The notes: generated by a model from the letters alone, not told the origin. Shown: positions 25,201-38,047, numbered from the whole stretch's first letter. The stretch: DNA of 63,531 nucleotides, filler included, from Octopus bimaculoides (GCF_001194135.2; 8 parts of 6 records of this genome joined end to end with filler, not necessarily neighbours in it); one strand, 5' to 3'. A program made the numbers and translations.

Positions 25201-25873
25201 TTTCAACGCAATTCTATAAAATGATATTAAATATTTTTAGCACCCGGTCACACTTTTATTGTCGTCATTGTTATCTAAGATCGGATCTAATCTAGCAGAT
25301 CTATGATTAAATGCTTTTCAACTGTGATGATTCCTTTGTATTTTTAGACATAATAGCTCGGGCAACGTTATACAATACAATTTCATTTTATTGACATTAA
25401 TGTATAATTTAAGAGAGATCGCGCTATTACTAACTCGGTCCAACACGCATTTCCACACTGGGTTGACTCGTGATTTTAATTTATTTCTTTTTAATATTTT
25501 TGGTAAGGTTTAGTAGAGAGTCTAAGAATATTACTTCATTATTTAATTGATGTTTGTTTTATTGTCCCCGGAAGGATGAAAGACAAAGTTAAATTTGAAC
25601 GTGCAAAGTAGAGGCATATAATCAAATACAGCTTCGTGTTTCGTACGGCGCTCTTCCGTTTCTGCCATTTCACAGCAAAATAAATGTAATAACGAAATAA
25701 ACAAATATGTTTGTATTATCAGCTGCTTATATGCAAATATTGAAACGATATCCAAAATGATTTCAAGAACGCCATTACCAATAACTCTAAATTCAGCAAA
25801 CTGAGTTGCCAAAAGCACTTTCAAGAAATGTTTCCATTGTTAGCATTTCACAAAACACGTGAACACACACACA

Positions 25874-25925
<52 letters not shown>

Positions 25926-26607
25926 NNNNNNNNNNNNNNNNNNNNNNNNNNNNNNNNNNNNNNNNNNNNNNNNNNNNNNNNNNNNNNNNNNNNNNNNNNN
26001 NNNNNNNNNNNNNNNNNNNNNNNNNNNNNNNNNNNNNNNNNNNNNNNNNNNNNNNNNNNNNNNNNNNNNNNNNNNNNNNNNNNNNNNNNNNNNNNNNNNN
26101 NNNNNNNNNNNNNNNNNNNNNNNNNNNNNNNNNNNNNNNNNNNNNNNNNNNNNNNNNNNNNNNNNNNNNNNNNNNNNNNNNNNNNNNNNNNNNNNNNNNN
26201 NNNNNNNNNNNNNNNNNNNNNNNNNNNNNNNNNNNNNNNNNNNNNNNNNNNNNNNNNNNNNNNNNNNNNNNNNNNNNNNNNNNNNNNNNNNNNNNNNNNN
26301 NNNNNNNNNNNNNNNNNNNNNNNNNNNNNNNNNNNNNNNNNNNNNNNNNNNNNNNNNNNNNNNNNNNNNNNNNNNNNNNNNNNNNNNNNNNNNNNNNNNN
26401 NNNNNNNNNNNNNNNNNNNNNNNNNNNNNNNNNNNNNNNNNNNNNNNTTTTTTTTTTTTTTTTGTCGTTTTATGGAGCGATTAGCAAACATCGATGGTCG
26501 AAATTTGAAAACCCACTGCCGCATTTCTGGATTGAGTGACAGGCAAAATGAAACAATAAAAAACAGAACACCGCTCTGGATAACATCATATAAGGATATA
26601 CTCAATG

Positions 26608-26638
<31 letters not shown>

Positions 26639-26929
26639 GTATACACATACAGACAAACACACAAGCGCAGATACATACACGTATACGCACAGTGGTATAG
26701 ACACATACATACAAACATGCACAAAGATACAAACATTTCCTCATGTGTGAATTCTCCTATTCTGTCTCTTATCATTACGATTACGCGTGCAGAACAACAA
26801 TCCTAAGCGCATGGAAGCATATATNNNNNNNNNNNNNNNNNNNNNNNNNNNNNNNNNNNNNNNNNNNNNNNNNNNNNNNNNNNNNNNNNNNNNNNNNNNN
26901 NNNNNNNNNNNNNNNNNNNNNNNNNNNNN

Positions 26930-26962
<33 letters not shown>

Positions 26963-27901
26963 TGTGTGTATGTGTATATGTATGTATGAACACAAATGCG
27001 CACATGCATACAACTCGTGAAAAGCAAGTTAATAATATTCTGTGCTTCCAAGATAGTGTATACAGAATCGGTAATTAAATGCGCGCCAGCTGCCGGACTT
27101 GCTATCGAATATCCAATATTCCAAGACCGTACTTAACGCGTCTCCCTCTTAATATCTTCTCCGTTCACCCTTATATTTTTATACCATTTGGGAGGTTAAA
27201 TAGGTAGAGGTTACTTAATATAATAATATTAACCATGTTTAGATCTAACTCATCGTTTTAGAGGCGAAGAAAGAAACTACTTCCCTGCTACCATACACAT
27301 TCGATGTTATACGCATGCACACACGTGTGTTTGTATGCATGTAGGAATGTATGTATGTGTCAGGAAAGTAAGCATAATTGTAACTGCATATTTCTGGAGG
27401 CCTAAGTCCTAAGTTCAAATCCAGCAGGAGTCTAATTGCATTTCGTCCCTTCGCAGTCGGAATAGTAGAATTTCATTCCTGGGAAGAAATGAGCTTTTCT
27501 CTTACTTGGAGATGCATTAGAAACACTTGGTTTAAATGCGCAAGACTCCATTAGTAGTTGAAGTTCCAAACATTATACATACATGCATACATATATACAT
27601 ACGTATGTATGTATGAACACACACACACACACACACACACACATATGTATATTTATGTATGTATGCATATATATATGCTTGTATGTATACATACATACAT
27701 ACATACATGCATACAGACATACATATATACATACACATGCGCACATATACAGATATATCTTCGAGTGAATGGACAAACGAAATAAAAAGTAACCTTTCTT
27801 GAGATTTACATATACATATCATTTTTAATTACATTTTACTCAGATCCGCGCAGATTAATGTTTTGAAGCCTTGTAGAACGAACTTAACTCATCAAGACTT
27901 G

Positions 27902-27994
<93 letters not shown>

Positions 27995-29464
27995 NNNNNN
28001 NNNNNNNNNNNNNNNNNNNNNNNNNNNNNNNNNNNNNNNNNNNNNNNNNNNNNNNNNNNNNNNNNNNNNNNNNNNNNNNNNNNNNNNNNNNNNNNNNNNN
28101 NNNNNNNNNNNNNNNNNNNNNNNNNGTGTGTGTGTGTGTGTGTGCGCGCGCGCGTGCGCGTGTGTCTGCCGATACCGGACGACTAAGTTAGTTCCTTCAA
28201 CACATCCGTATCTACACCTCGTAGATCTTTTACAGGTCTGTAGGTCCTTGAATCGGAAGTTGTTACGGTATTAGGTTGTAACAGAAGCAACTTCGCTCTT
28301 TACCATTAGCTACCCACTTTTTGCTTCTTTACTTTTAGATACCCATTTTGGTTCATCATGTGATAGTCCAATCCATTTAGTTTTGTTTGGAATGTCCACC
28401 CCTTAACGTGATAGACTAGCCTAACTTCTCCACATCAGGTAATTAAGGGACGATTTTCCCGCTAATATCATAGGGAGGTGAGTTTGTTACGATCGATCTT
28501 TGGTCTTCGATATGAGATCAGTTTATTACCAATTTGCATTTTCAGCAAGGAGCGATTTGTAACCAGAATATTTGACGCTATGTCTTATGTTTCTTCTAAC
28601 ATTTAAATTCAACTTTGAGAAACCAAGTGAAACCATGTAAAGTTTCTGACAGACTTCCATTTTTGTGCTAGTTGAACTATTCACTTTGGCGACGGAAATA
28701 AATGTTGCATTGCGGTCAATTTTAACTTGCCTTTGTTCTTTCTTATCGATATTAATCTTTACTTTATATCATCAGAGCTTAAACCGCATTGAATCCATAC
28801 AATTGTTTCTTATCCTGAATGAGCTCAGAATATCAACAACCAGTCACCTGTACAACATTCCCATCTTCGAAACATACAGAAGAAGTACAATGTTTCCTAT
28901 GTTTGCTGCAGCTAGATTCGGCTTGGGGTGCAGCGATCGACGTCCTTCGCAGGGAATTCCAAAGAACCGGCGTTCAAGGAAAGATATAGTGCTTAGAACC
29001 GGGCTTGGAAGAATGGTGGATACATCAATGGTAATGAAAATAGATGAGTGTGTCGAGAATCCTTGAAAAGAAAGTAAAATGAATTGAACGAAAACAAAAG
29101 CTTACTATAAGGGAAAAAAAATACAGAAAACAGAGAGTCCAGGCAGTTTATCTTTAACTCCAAGGATTGAATGCGTGTATAAGAGATTTTATGCCATGTA
29201 CCCACGTAATATTCTCTGGGTGCTATTTAAGATGCCTTAATGTGCATAATAATGTTCTACAGAAATTTTTGTGGAGCACATTATTTTTATTTGTGGTTGG
29301 ATCGTTGATGACCTCTTTCTAGCATATTGGATGTCCTCCTAGTGGTTATCCCTTATACACTTGTAATACATTTTTTTCTGAAATTTCAGATGATTTATAT
29401 GCTAGGCCACTTGGTTTTGAATTGAATTAATATTCAATTTATCACCCTATATATATAAATAACA

Positions 29465-29498
<34 letters not shown>

Positions 29499-31448
29499 NN
29501 NNNNNNNNNNNNNNNNNNNNNNNNNNNNNNNNNNNNNNNNNNTTAATTAATTAANNNNNNNNNNNNNNNNNNNNNNNNNNNNNNNNNNNNNNNNNNNNAG
29601 AGATAGTAGCAACAGAAGGAAGAACGAGAGGGGTAAAGAGAGATACGTAGTAGTAACAGAGGAAGTACGAGAGGGGGAAAAGTGATAGAGAAAGAGATAG
29701 AGTCGCGTCAGAAAATATAAAGTTGAAATAACTACTTACAACAGTGATGACGCTGGCGTTCGGTCATGTAAAAACAAATAATAAATGAGTATATGCATAT
29801 ATACGTACAGGTATGTGCATACCTACGTCTACCTGTATATATAGGTGCATATCTGGGTACAGGACATTGCAAACAAAACGTAGACAAGAAAATAATAATA
29901 ACCAGAGTACAAAAAACACACAAGCCACACAGAGAACATTTTCCTGTTGTCCTTGATTGGTATTTTATTTTGGGCCCCATGAGGATGAGATGTAAAGTTG
30001 ATGTCAGTTGGATTTGAACTTGGAATGCAAAGAACCAGTACAGATGTCATACACCTCTAATAATTCTGCCAATCCCTGCTTCTGAACTGGTATTTTATTT
30101 ATGAACATCAGGAAGAGGAAAGGAAAATTTGACTTCAATAGAATTGGAATTCAACTCTGCCAAAATAATATATTCAATGGGCCATTGAACAATTTCTGTA
30201 CAAAAGATCTGCTCACAAGGTATTGGTTGGTTCTTGCTTGTAATAGAAGAAACTTGTCCAATGTGCTGTTTAGCAGAATACAATATGGGCCATAGGTACT
30301 GATATTAATGAAGTAAAAGCCAAAAAAATAGAAAATTATGGTTAAAAAACAGGTGAGAAGAAAAAACTGCTTTACTTACATTATATGAAACCAATGGTCT
30401 CTATTCACAACCTCCAGGGCTTTGCTATGTCAACCAAAACAGACATAAACATATTGATAGAAGGTCTAGTAAGGGTAATGAGAAATGTGTCTTGTATGCA
30501 TACATTCTGTGAACTGAGCAGGAAAGCACAAGATTTCGTCTGCTACATGCAATTCTCTGGATACAACCAACAGGAGTGAAACACAGTGTATAGAGGAGAC
30601 AAAAAGAAATGGTTGAAACCACCAGAACATATATTGGGAAAAATGGCTCCAGAGTATAGGTGGAGGGCCAGAGATTTGAATACAGTCAAAAGAAACAGAT
30701 CCAACACTTCAACAAGTTACAGAAGCAGTATACACATTGAAAGCTGATTCTGACACCACACATCAACTCAGTAGCAAAAGAAAATGAGGAGCAGCATCCT
30801 TGCAATTCAATCCAGCTTCACCGCCATTCACAATATTCATCCTAAGATATCTTTTCTTATGGACGTGCTACACTGAAAACAATAAATATCAGAGGCAGTC
30901 CGGATTTTTATTCAGTCAGGTGGCAATTTGCAACACGAGTGAATATTTTAATGATTGCTTCTTATATTGGGGGAAAAAAAAAATTCCCACTCAAGCGTTT
31001 GGCTAGCTGTGAATGAATACTATTGAAAGAGTCTAAAAGGCTGAAATGCATTTGGTGTTCTTGGTGACACCATCTGATAAATATTGTTTTTAATTTAGAA
31101 TGACCACAAGAGAAATTGTCAAATGAATACTACAGTAACTGACTAATCAACAGTGTAATTCATTAAGTATGATGCATAAATGGCTCTCTCAGTTCCCCTT
31201 TCTCTCCCCCTCTTTCTCTCTCTCTTTAGCTATCTATCTATATGCATATTAATGTTTGTTTTTATGTTATAATTAAAGCAATTTATATTAAACTGAAGGA
31301 TTATTCAGTACTTTTGCTAGAGTATTAATTTACTGTTTCTTAATAAGAATAATACTGATAGTGACTTCAAAGTTTTGGCCAGCTTAGCTATCATCGGACA
31401 TACATATATTACTTATATATGTGCATGTGTATACACAGCAACCTACCC

Positions 31449-31605
31449 TGGCGTTAGGAAGGGCATCCAGCTGTAGAAACTCTGCCAAATCAGACTGGAG
31501 CCTGGTGTTGCCATCCGGTTTCACCAGTCCTCAGTCAAATCGTCCAACCCATGCTAGCATGGAAAGCGGACGTTAAACGATGATGATGATGATGATGATG
31601 ATGAT
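31449..31605 (+). mobile_element. SINE family B (RTE-type 3' tail ending in (GAT)n), truncated copy 1
   Basis: tggcgttaggaagggcatccagctgtagaaactctgcc...gcggacgttaaacgatgatgat. Confidence 0.85.
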
Positions 31606-31675
31606 ATATATATAATCTTCGAAGNNNNNNNNNNAAACGATGATGATGATGATGATGATGATGATATATATATAA

Positions 31676-31884
31676 TCTTCGAAGCGCTTAGTTTTAGAAT
31701 GGTGGCAGCTGATGAAGGAAATGTTCTCTATGTGGCCTGTGTGTTTTCCGTACTCTGTTTATCATTTTGTCCACGTTTTTTTGCAACATCCTGTACCCAG
31801 ATATGCATCTATACATACATGTAGATGTAGGTGTAGGTATGCATATATATGTACGTATATATGCATATACTCATATATTATTTG

Positions 31885-31890
<6 letters not shown>
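31676..31890 (+). mobile_element. Dispersed repeat family E (possibly Penelope pLTR-derived); other copies at 29774-29945 (-) and 55915-56113 (-)
   Basis: All share ttcgaa..g...tag.t.agaat.g.ggcagctga(t/c)gaagg, cctg(t/a)(a/t)ccc..atatgcatcta and atatgcatatactcat. Confidence 0.7.
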
Positions 31891-31921
<31 letters not shown>

Positions 31922-32638
31922 ATTTGGTATACACCAGGTTTAAGTTTGTTTATTATTAGTTTCATGGTGAGAAAACACAATAAACTGACAAGCTTATATA
32001 GCATGCCTGGTGTTTCCAAGCAATTATTCCAATTCAAATATACAACATGACTTTATATTAAATGATGTTTATCTCTCACTGGAGAGAGTACATTTTTATT
32101 GATTCTACCAATAATGGAACAATAAATTACATGCATATATTCTTTTATTCTTTTAGTTGCTTCAGTTATTAAACTGTGGCCTTGCTGGGGCACCACAAGA
32201 CACACACATGCAAACACACACAATTATTTTGAAGGATTTTTTGCCTTTTGCCTTAAAGCAAGCATGTAAGTAATTTATTTATTATTAAATATCTTTATAA
32301 TAATCTGCTTGTTCGTTCACCTGTTATACATTAGTTAGTCAGAGAGGTGGAGGGTGGAGTGAGTGAGAGGCGGAGTAAGAGTGAGAAAGAATGAGGAGGA
32401 GTGAAGAAAGAAGAAAGGAAGAAGTAGAGAGAGAGGTGATTAATACCAATACACTTAGGCCAAATGGTCATGTGGTCAGCTGAAGGTAGAGGCAAAGAAC
32501 AAGAGAAAAACACGATGAGAAAAAATGGGAGAGAGTATGTTAACGACGTGGGGTGGGGTGGGGAAGGACTATTTATTACGTGGTTAAAAAGTTAGCTGAA
32601 GGAAAAGGTAGATAGAGATGGACAGCGGGGACAGTTGT

Positions 32639-32677
<39 letters not shown>

Positions 32678-33508
32678 CAGATAGCAGTGGTAGTGGCAGT
32701 GGTAGTAGTGGTGGTGGTGGTAGTGGCGGTGGTGGTGGTGGTAGTGGTGTGTTGATAGTGAATTTTTTTTCTTTACTGAACTGATTATTTTTATATAATG
32801 ACCATCACTTAAAGCATGTGCATAAGTGCAATTATTTATCAACTGCTTGCTTAAAAAATTAATATTTGTTTGTAAGGGTCAATTTAGCCTAAACTTTGGA
32901 TTCACAAGAAACATGGTTGCAAGCTGCCCAAGGAAGGAGGTGCAGACATAAAGCTCAAATCAAAGAGGAACATTGAGAAGATATAATAAAAGAGGTAAAA
33001 ACCAATTCCAATGGAAATGTGAGGAACTGAACGTAATCAAACTTGAAGAATATTTTAAAAAGTTAAACTATAAATGCTATAAAAATGCAAATAATCCTTT
33101 GTTTCTTAAAGAAGTCCTCTTAATTTTTCCCATTCTGTGGGATTTATATGGGTCGTACTAGTAATAATATAAATAATTTACATGTTTTTAGGTTACGAAA
33201 CAATTTGTTATGGTATTAAAATTTTCTTATTGTTAAATAAAATTTCAACAATCTATTTCTCTGTCGTTTATGACTTTATATATATGTATGTATATATATA
33301 TAAGGTCATGAAGAGTATTGGATTCAACCAAACCCGAAGATACAGGTAATATTGAGTAAGTGCTGAATACCGGCTATTTATGCCCCAATCGTTGTTTAAA
33401 ACAGGATTGGGGATTATAACATATCTCGTGTATTAGCGTGTGTATGTATAAAGAGAGAAAAGGATGAAGAGACCAATGGCAGAGTTAGAAATATATCTTA
33501 TGGATAAA

Positions 33509-33557
33509 GTCTTACAGCTGTTTCAGGGAAAATTCAATGTATCCCTTCATCGGAGAC
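33509..33557 (-). ncRNA. Minimal type I hammerhead ribozyme motif with U4C variant core, in a Penelope pLTR-like repeat
   Basis: Minus strand reads GUCU-CCGAUGA-AGGGA-uacauugaauuu-UCCCU-GAAA-CAGCUG-UA-AGAC: stem I 4 bp, stem II 5 bp, palindromic stem III, cleavage triplet GUA. Confidence 0.7.
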
Positions 33558-33630
33558 GGTAATAGTATAGGAATGGATTATTACATCTATATGAGGAGAG
33601 TTGTAGTAGGAAGTGAGAGTCTTTATACAT

Positions 33631-33666
<36 letters not shown>

Positions 33667-33918
33667 AGCATGTGCCATCAGTACTTACTCAGGGTAGTCA
33701 GTTGGTGACCTTTATGTAGTAAAGCAATTTGAAGGCTGATTTACTTCTGCCTTTGTAGCACGTAAAGAAAATGGTGTTATAGGAGTGTACGCAGCATGTG
33801 TACTACAGCAATACTATGTGTACCTTAATTACTGAAATTGAAAAGCAGGGGCAACTAATGCCTACCTAGGTGGCATGCCCCTGATATATATATATATATA
33901 TGTATATACACACACCCG

Positions 33919-34300
33919 TGCCAGTGGAACATTAACAGCATCATCCAAGTGGGATCACTGCCAGAGCAGCGGTCTCGCTTCTGTGCCGGTGGCATGTGAG
34001 CAAAACATTGGACTGATTCCTGTGGCAGGAGTCTATCTGACTCAGGTGGCACGTAAAAAACACCATTTGAGCATGGCCGTAGCCAGTACCGCCGGACTGG
34101 CCCACATGCTGGTGGGACGTAAAAAGCACCCACTACACTCTCTGAGTGGTTGGCATTAGGAAGAGCATCCAGCTGTAGAAACCCTGCCAGATCAGATTGG
34201 AGCTTGGTGTAGCCATCTGGTTCGCCAGTCCCCAGTCAAATCGTCCAACTCATGCTAGCATGAAAAGCGGACATTAAATGATGATGATGATGATGATGAT
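33919..34300 (+). mobile_element. SINE family B copy 2
   Basis: Internal tgcc/ggtggcacgtaaaa repeats followed by the same 3' tail and (GAT)n. Confidence 0.85.
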
Positions 34301-34406
34301 ATACATTTAATTTTTTTATTTTTTCATTTTATCTAGTTTCAACTCATGAGCTGTGGCCATGCTGGGGCATAGATGGATAGATATACATACATATATATAA
34401 ATATAT

Positions 34407-34470
<64 letters not shown>

Positions 34471-34568
34471 GTACTACATAAATATGTGTGTACTACTTAT
34501 ATATATANNNNNNNNNNNNNNNNNNNNNNNNNNNNNNNNNNNNNNNNNNNNNNNNNNNNNNNNNNNNN

Positions 34569-34612
<44 letters not shown>

Positions 34613-34658
34613 GTACTACATAAATATGTGTGTACTACTTATATATATATGTGTACTA

Positions 34659-34951
34659 CGAGCGAGATCGTTGCCAGTGCTGCTGGACTGGCTCTTGTGC
34701 GGGTGGCACATAAAATACACCATTTTGAGCATGGCCGTTGCCAGTATCGCCTGACTGGCCTTCGTGCGGGTGACACGTAAAAGCACCTACTACACTCTCA
34801 GAGTGGTTGGCGTTAGGAAGGGCATCCAGCTGTAGAAACTCTGCCAAATCAGATTGGAGCCTGGTGTAGCCATCTGGTTCACCAGTCCTCAATCAAATCG
34901 TCCAACCCATGCTAGCATGGAAAGCGGACATTAAACGATGATGATGATGAT
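34659..34951 (+). mobile_element. SINE family B copy 3
   Basis: cgagcgagatcgttgccagtg...ggaaagcggacattaaacgatgatg. Confidence 0.85.
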
Positions 34952-35302
34952 ATATATATATATATATATACACATATATATACACATACAGAAAGAGTGA
35001 TAAATTGAGAAAGCAAGAGACAGATGTTGGTTAATTCTGCTTCAAGGTCCTCATATATCACTGGTATTCACAGAGATGTACTGACACAAAGCCATGCGAT
35101 GGATTAAATGACATGGTTACCTATATTCTCCTCCCACACACAAAGACAATTGTGTTTATAACAATTGTGTATATGTATCAGTGACTAGATGTGTGTATTT
35201 AAATGGACTTGTGTTAATGTGTGCGTATGTGTGTGTGCATATGTGTGTGTGTGTGTGTGTGTGTGAGTGTGTGTGTGAGTGTAAGAATGTTTCTTTCTCC
35301 AG

Positions 35303-35320
35303 GTGTTACCATTCCTACAG
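35303..35320 (+). CDS. Candidate 18-nt microexon of the same + strand gene (phase 1 reading GVTIPT)
   Basis: tttctttctccAG|GTGTTACCATTCCTACAG|GTAAGT gives a strong acceptor and a perfect donor 18 nt apart. It is frame-preserving and stop-free in all frames. Spliced in phase 1 to the FN3 exon it would read GVTIPTAPLPPTDV. Confidence 0.55.
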
Positions 35321-35413
35321 GTAAGTAGATCTTTCTTTCAATGTTAAGCAGTATCACAAACTCTATGTCACTCACCTCTGCCTTAGTGAAAGAACACCAG
35401 TGTGTCTTTGTAT

Positions 35414-35465
<52 letters not shown>

Positions 35466-35672
35466 TGTGTGTGTGTATGCATTTGTATGTTTTTCATGTA
35501 TGCTGGCACTATATAACTATATGCCATTATATATGAGTGCATGTATGTGTGTGTATATACATATTACACACACACACGCACATGCAAACACACACACACA
35601 CACACACTCTGCTGTACTAAATGCATATGTGTGTGTCTTCAGATGTATGTTTATATGTATATATGTATCTAT

Positions 35673-35708
<36 letters not shown>

Positions 35709-36142
35709 GTTTAACGTCTGCTTTCCATGCAAGCATGGGCTGGACGATTTGACTGAGGACTGGCAAACCAGATGGTTGCACCAGGCTCCAATCTGATCTG
35801 GCAGAGTTTCTACAGCTGGATGCCCTTCCTCATGCCAACCACTCCGAGAGTGTAGTGGGTGCTTTTATGTGTTACTGGCACGAGGGCCAGACTGGCAGTA
35901 CTGACAAATGCCATGCTCAAATGGTGTCTTTTGCATGCCACCTGCACAGGAGTCAGTCCAACGGCACTAGCAATGATCTCACTCGAATGTTTTGTTCACA
36001 TGCCACTGGCACAAGTGCCAGTAAGGTGACGCTGGTAACAATCACACTCAAATGGTGCTCTTTACGTGCCACCAGCACAGAAGCTAGACAGATGCTCTGG
36101 AAGTGATCCCGCTTGGATGGTGCTGTTAGCGCTCCACTGGCA
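35673..36142 (-). mobile_element. SINE family B copy 4 (reverse)
   Basis: (ATC)n gtttaacgtctgctttccatgc...ccactggca; the reverse complement matches copies 2 and 3. Confidence 0.85.
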
Positions 36143-36248
36143 TATATATATATGCATATTCTTATATATGTGCACACAGGCTTATACATATATGTCTATG
36201 TCTGTATGAGTGTATATGTGTGAGTGTGTGTGTGTGTATATCCATTTG

Positions 36249-36323
<75 letters not shown>

Positions 36324-36589
36324 GTCTCTCTATCTATATTTGCTGTATGAGTAACATCTGTTTCACAAAGCTAGCATGAGTTGGATGAGGACATATTGAA
36401 GACAAGAATGCTCTTCCTTTCACCACTATTCCTGTTTTCCAAGTAAAAGTTTTCTTATCCTACAGACCTTTGAAAGGGCAGAGTGACAAATCATATCAAC
36501 AAGGAATGTAAACAAAATTCACTGCTTTGCTCAAGTGAAACCATAGAATGTCAACATTTTTGCTCATTCACACAACACACCCAAGACTC

Positions 36590-36730
36590 ACAGTGTGGTT
36601 AAGAAGTTTGCTCTCCAGCAATGTAGTTTGAGGTTCTGTCCCTCCATGCAGAACCTTGGGCAGGTGTCTTTTACTATAACCCTGGGCCAACTGAAGACTA
36701 GTGAGTGGATATGGTAGGCAGAAACTGAAA
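36590..36730 (+). mobile_element. SINE family A 5' half
   Basis: gtgtggttaagaagtttgc...accttgggcaggtgtcttttactataacc...ggtaggcagaaactgaaa. Confidence 0.75.
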
Positions 36731-37439
36731 AAATTGTTATATCTATCTATCTGTCTGTCTGTCTGTCTGTCTATCACTTCCCTTGATGGAATGCATATGT
36801 CACATATACCTTTCCTTAAAACTATTGACTGTCATGCCTGTGTAATGTCTTTTGATGCTACTTTTGGGCTTCACCAGTTGCAAGTATCCACTGGCAACCA
36901 CACACTGAGACAAATTCCATAGTCACTGATATAGGAAAACATGTATGTGTGTGTATGTATGTATGTATGTATGTACATACGTATGTATGTAGGAACAAAA
37001 TTGGCAAAGAGATAGTTCCAGACTCCTCAAAATATTAGGAGTCCTGAATTAGAGCTCCACTACAAGAAGGTGCTTCTACTCTGAGTTTACTCTGACCCAG
37101 AATAGAAGCATCTATCAGCGTCCCAGCTGTGGGTTAACTATCTTCTGGGATGACAATCCATCTAAGCATGGAGATGCAAATATAGGAGAAGAACACTGCC
37201 ATGTAACACCTGTCATTTCATGTGATTGCTTGTCATTTCACATCGGCCTGTCACTAGGTATTGATCACAGAGACTCAGAGAGTGGTACTCATGTTCTACA
37301 AGCGTTTATTGCCATAATCCAATGATGGACAGATGTCTCTTTCTGGTGACCTCATTTGTCATCCCATCTACAGAAAGTACTTTGGCGATTGAGTCGTGGA
37401 GATATATTCAGACCTAGACCGTTGGAAGCGCACAATAAG

Positions 37440-37517
37440 TTATAACTTTCATCTGTCACCTATGCTTCAAACCATGCAGATCTGGGCCTGACTAGTCATC
37501 TAAGAGGTCATGATTAG
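37440..37517 (+). mobile_element. C-terminal C2H2 zinc finger remnant of an RTE-type LINE
   Basis: FICHLCFKPCRS / GLTSHLRGHD* across one frameshift. Confidence 0.5.
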
Positions 37518-37617
37518 AAAGTCAGAAATGTCTTTGACATTGCAGAGCACAAGGAGATAGCAATTGTCTGTGAAGATGGCACATTTGATTATATATATAT
37601 GTATGCAATGTTATATG

Positions 37618-37663
<46 letters not shown>

Positions 37664-37694
37664 AGGTACAAGATGATGATGTATCATGATGATG

Positions 37695-38043
37695 ATCATC
37701 ATCGTTTAACGTCCGCTTTCCATGCTAGCATGGGTTGGACGATTTGACTGAGGACTGGTGAACCAGATGGCTACACAAGGCTCCAATCTGATCTGGCAGA
37801 GTTTATACAGCTGGATGCCCTTCCTAACGCCAACCACTCCAAGAGTGTATTGGGTGCTTTTATGTGCCACTGGCACGAAGGCCAGTCAGGCAGTACTGGC
37901 AACGGCCATGCTCAAAATGGTGTATTTTATGTGCCACCTGCACAGGAGCCAGTCCAGCGGCACTGGCAACGATCTCGCTCGAATGTCTTTACACATGCCA
38001 CCGGCACAAGTGCCAGGAAGGCGACGCTGGGCACAGGTGCCAT
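37695..38043 (-). mobile_element. SINE family B copy 5 (reverse)
   Basis: catcatcgtttaacgtccgctttccatgctagc...aacgatctcgctcg; very similar to the reverse complement of copy 3. Confidence 0.85.
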
Positions 38044-38047
38044 ATAC

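Noticed and set aside
31575-31684. Exact 50-bp direct repeat separated by 10 N (similar cases at 34430-34640 and 58080-58400)
   Set aside because: These are duplicated contig ends either side of a gap, most likely overlap artefacts.
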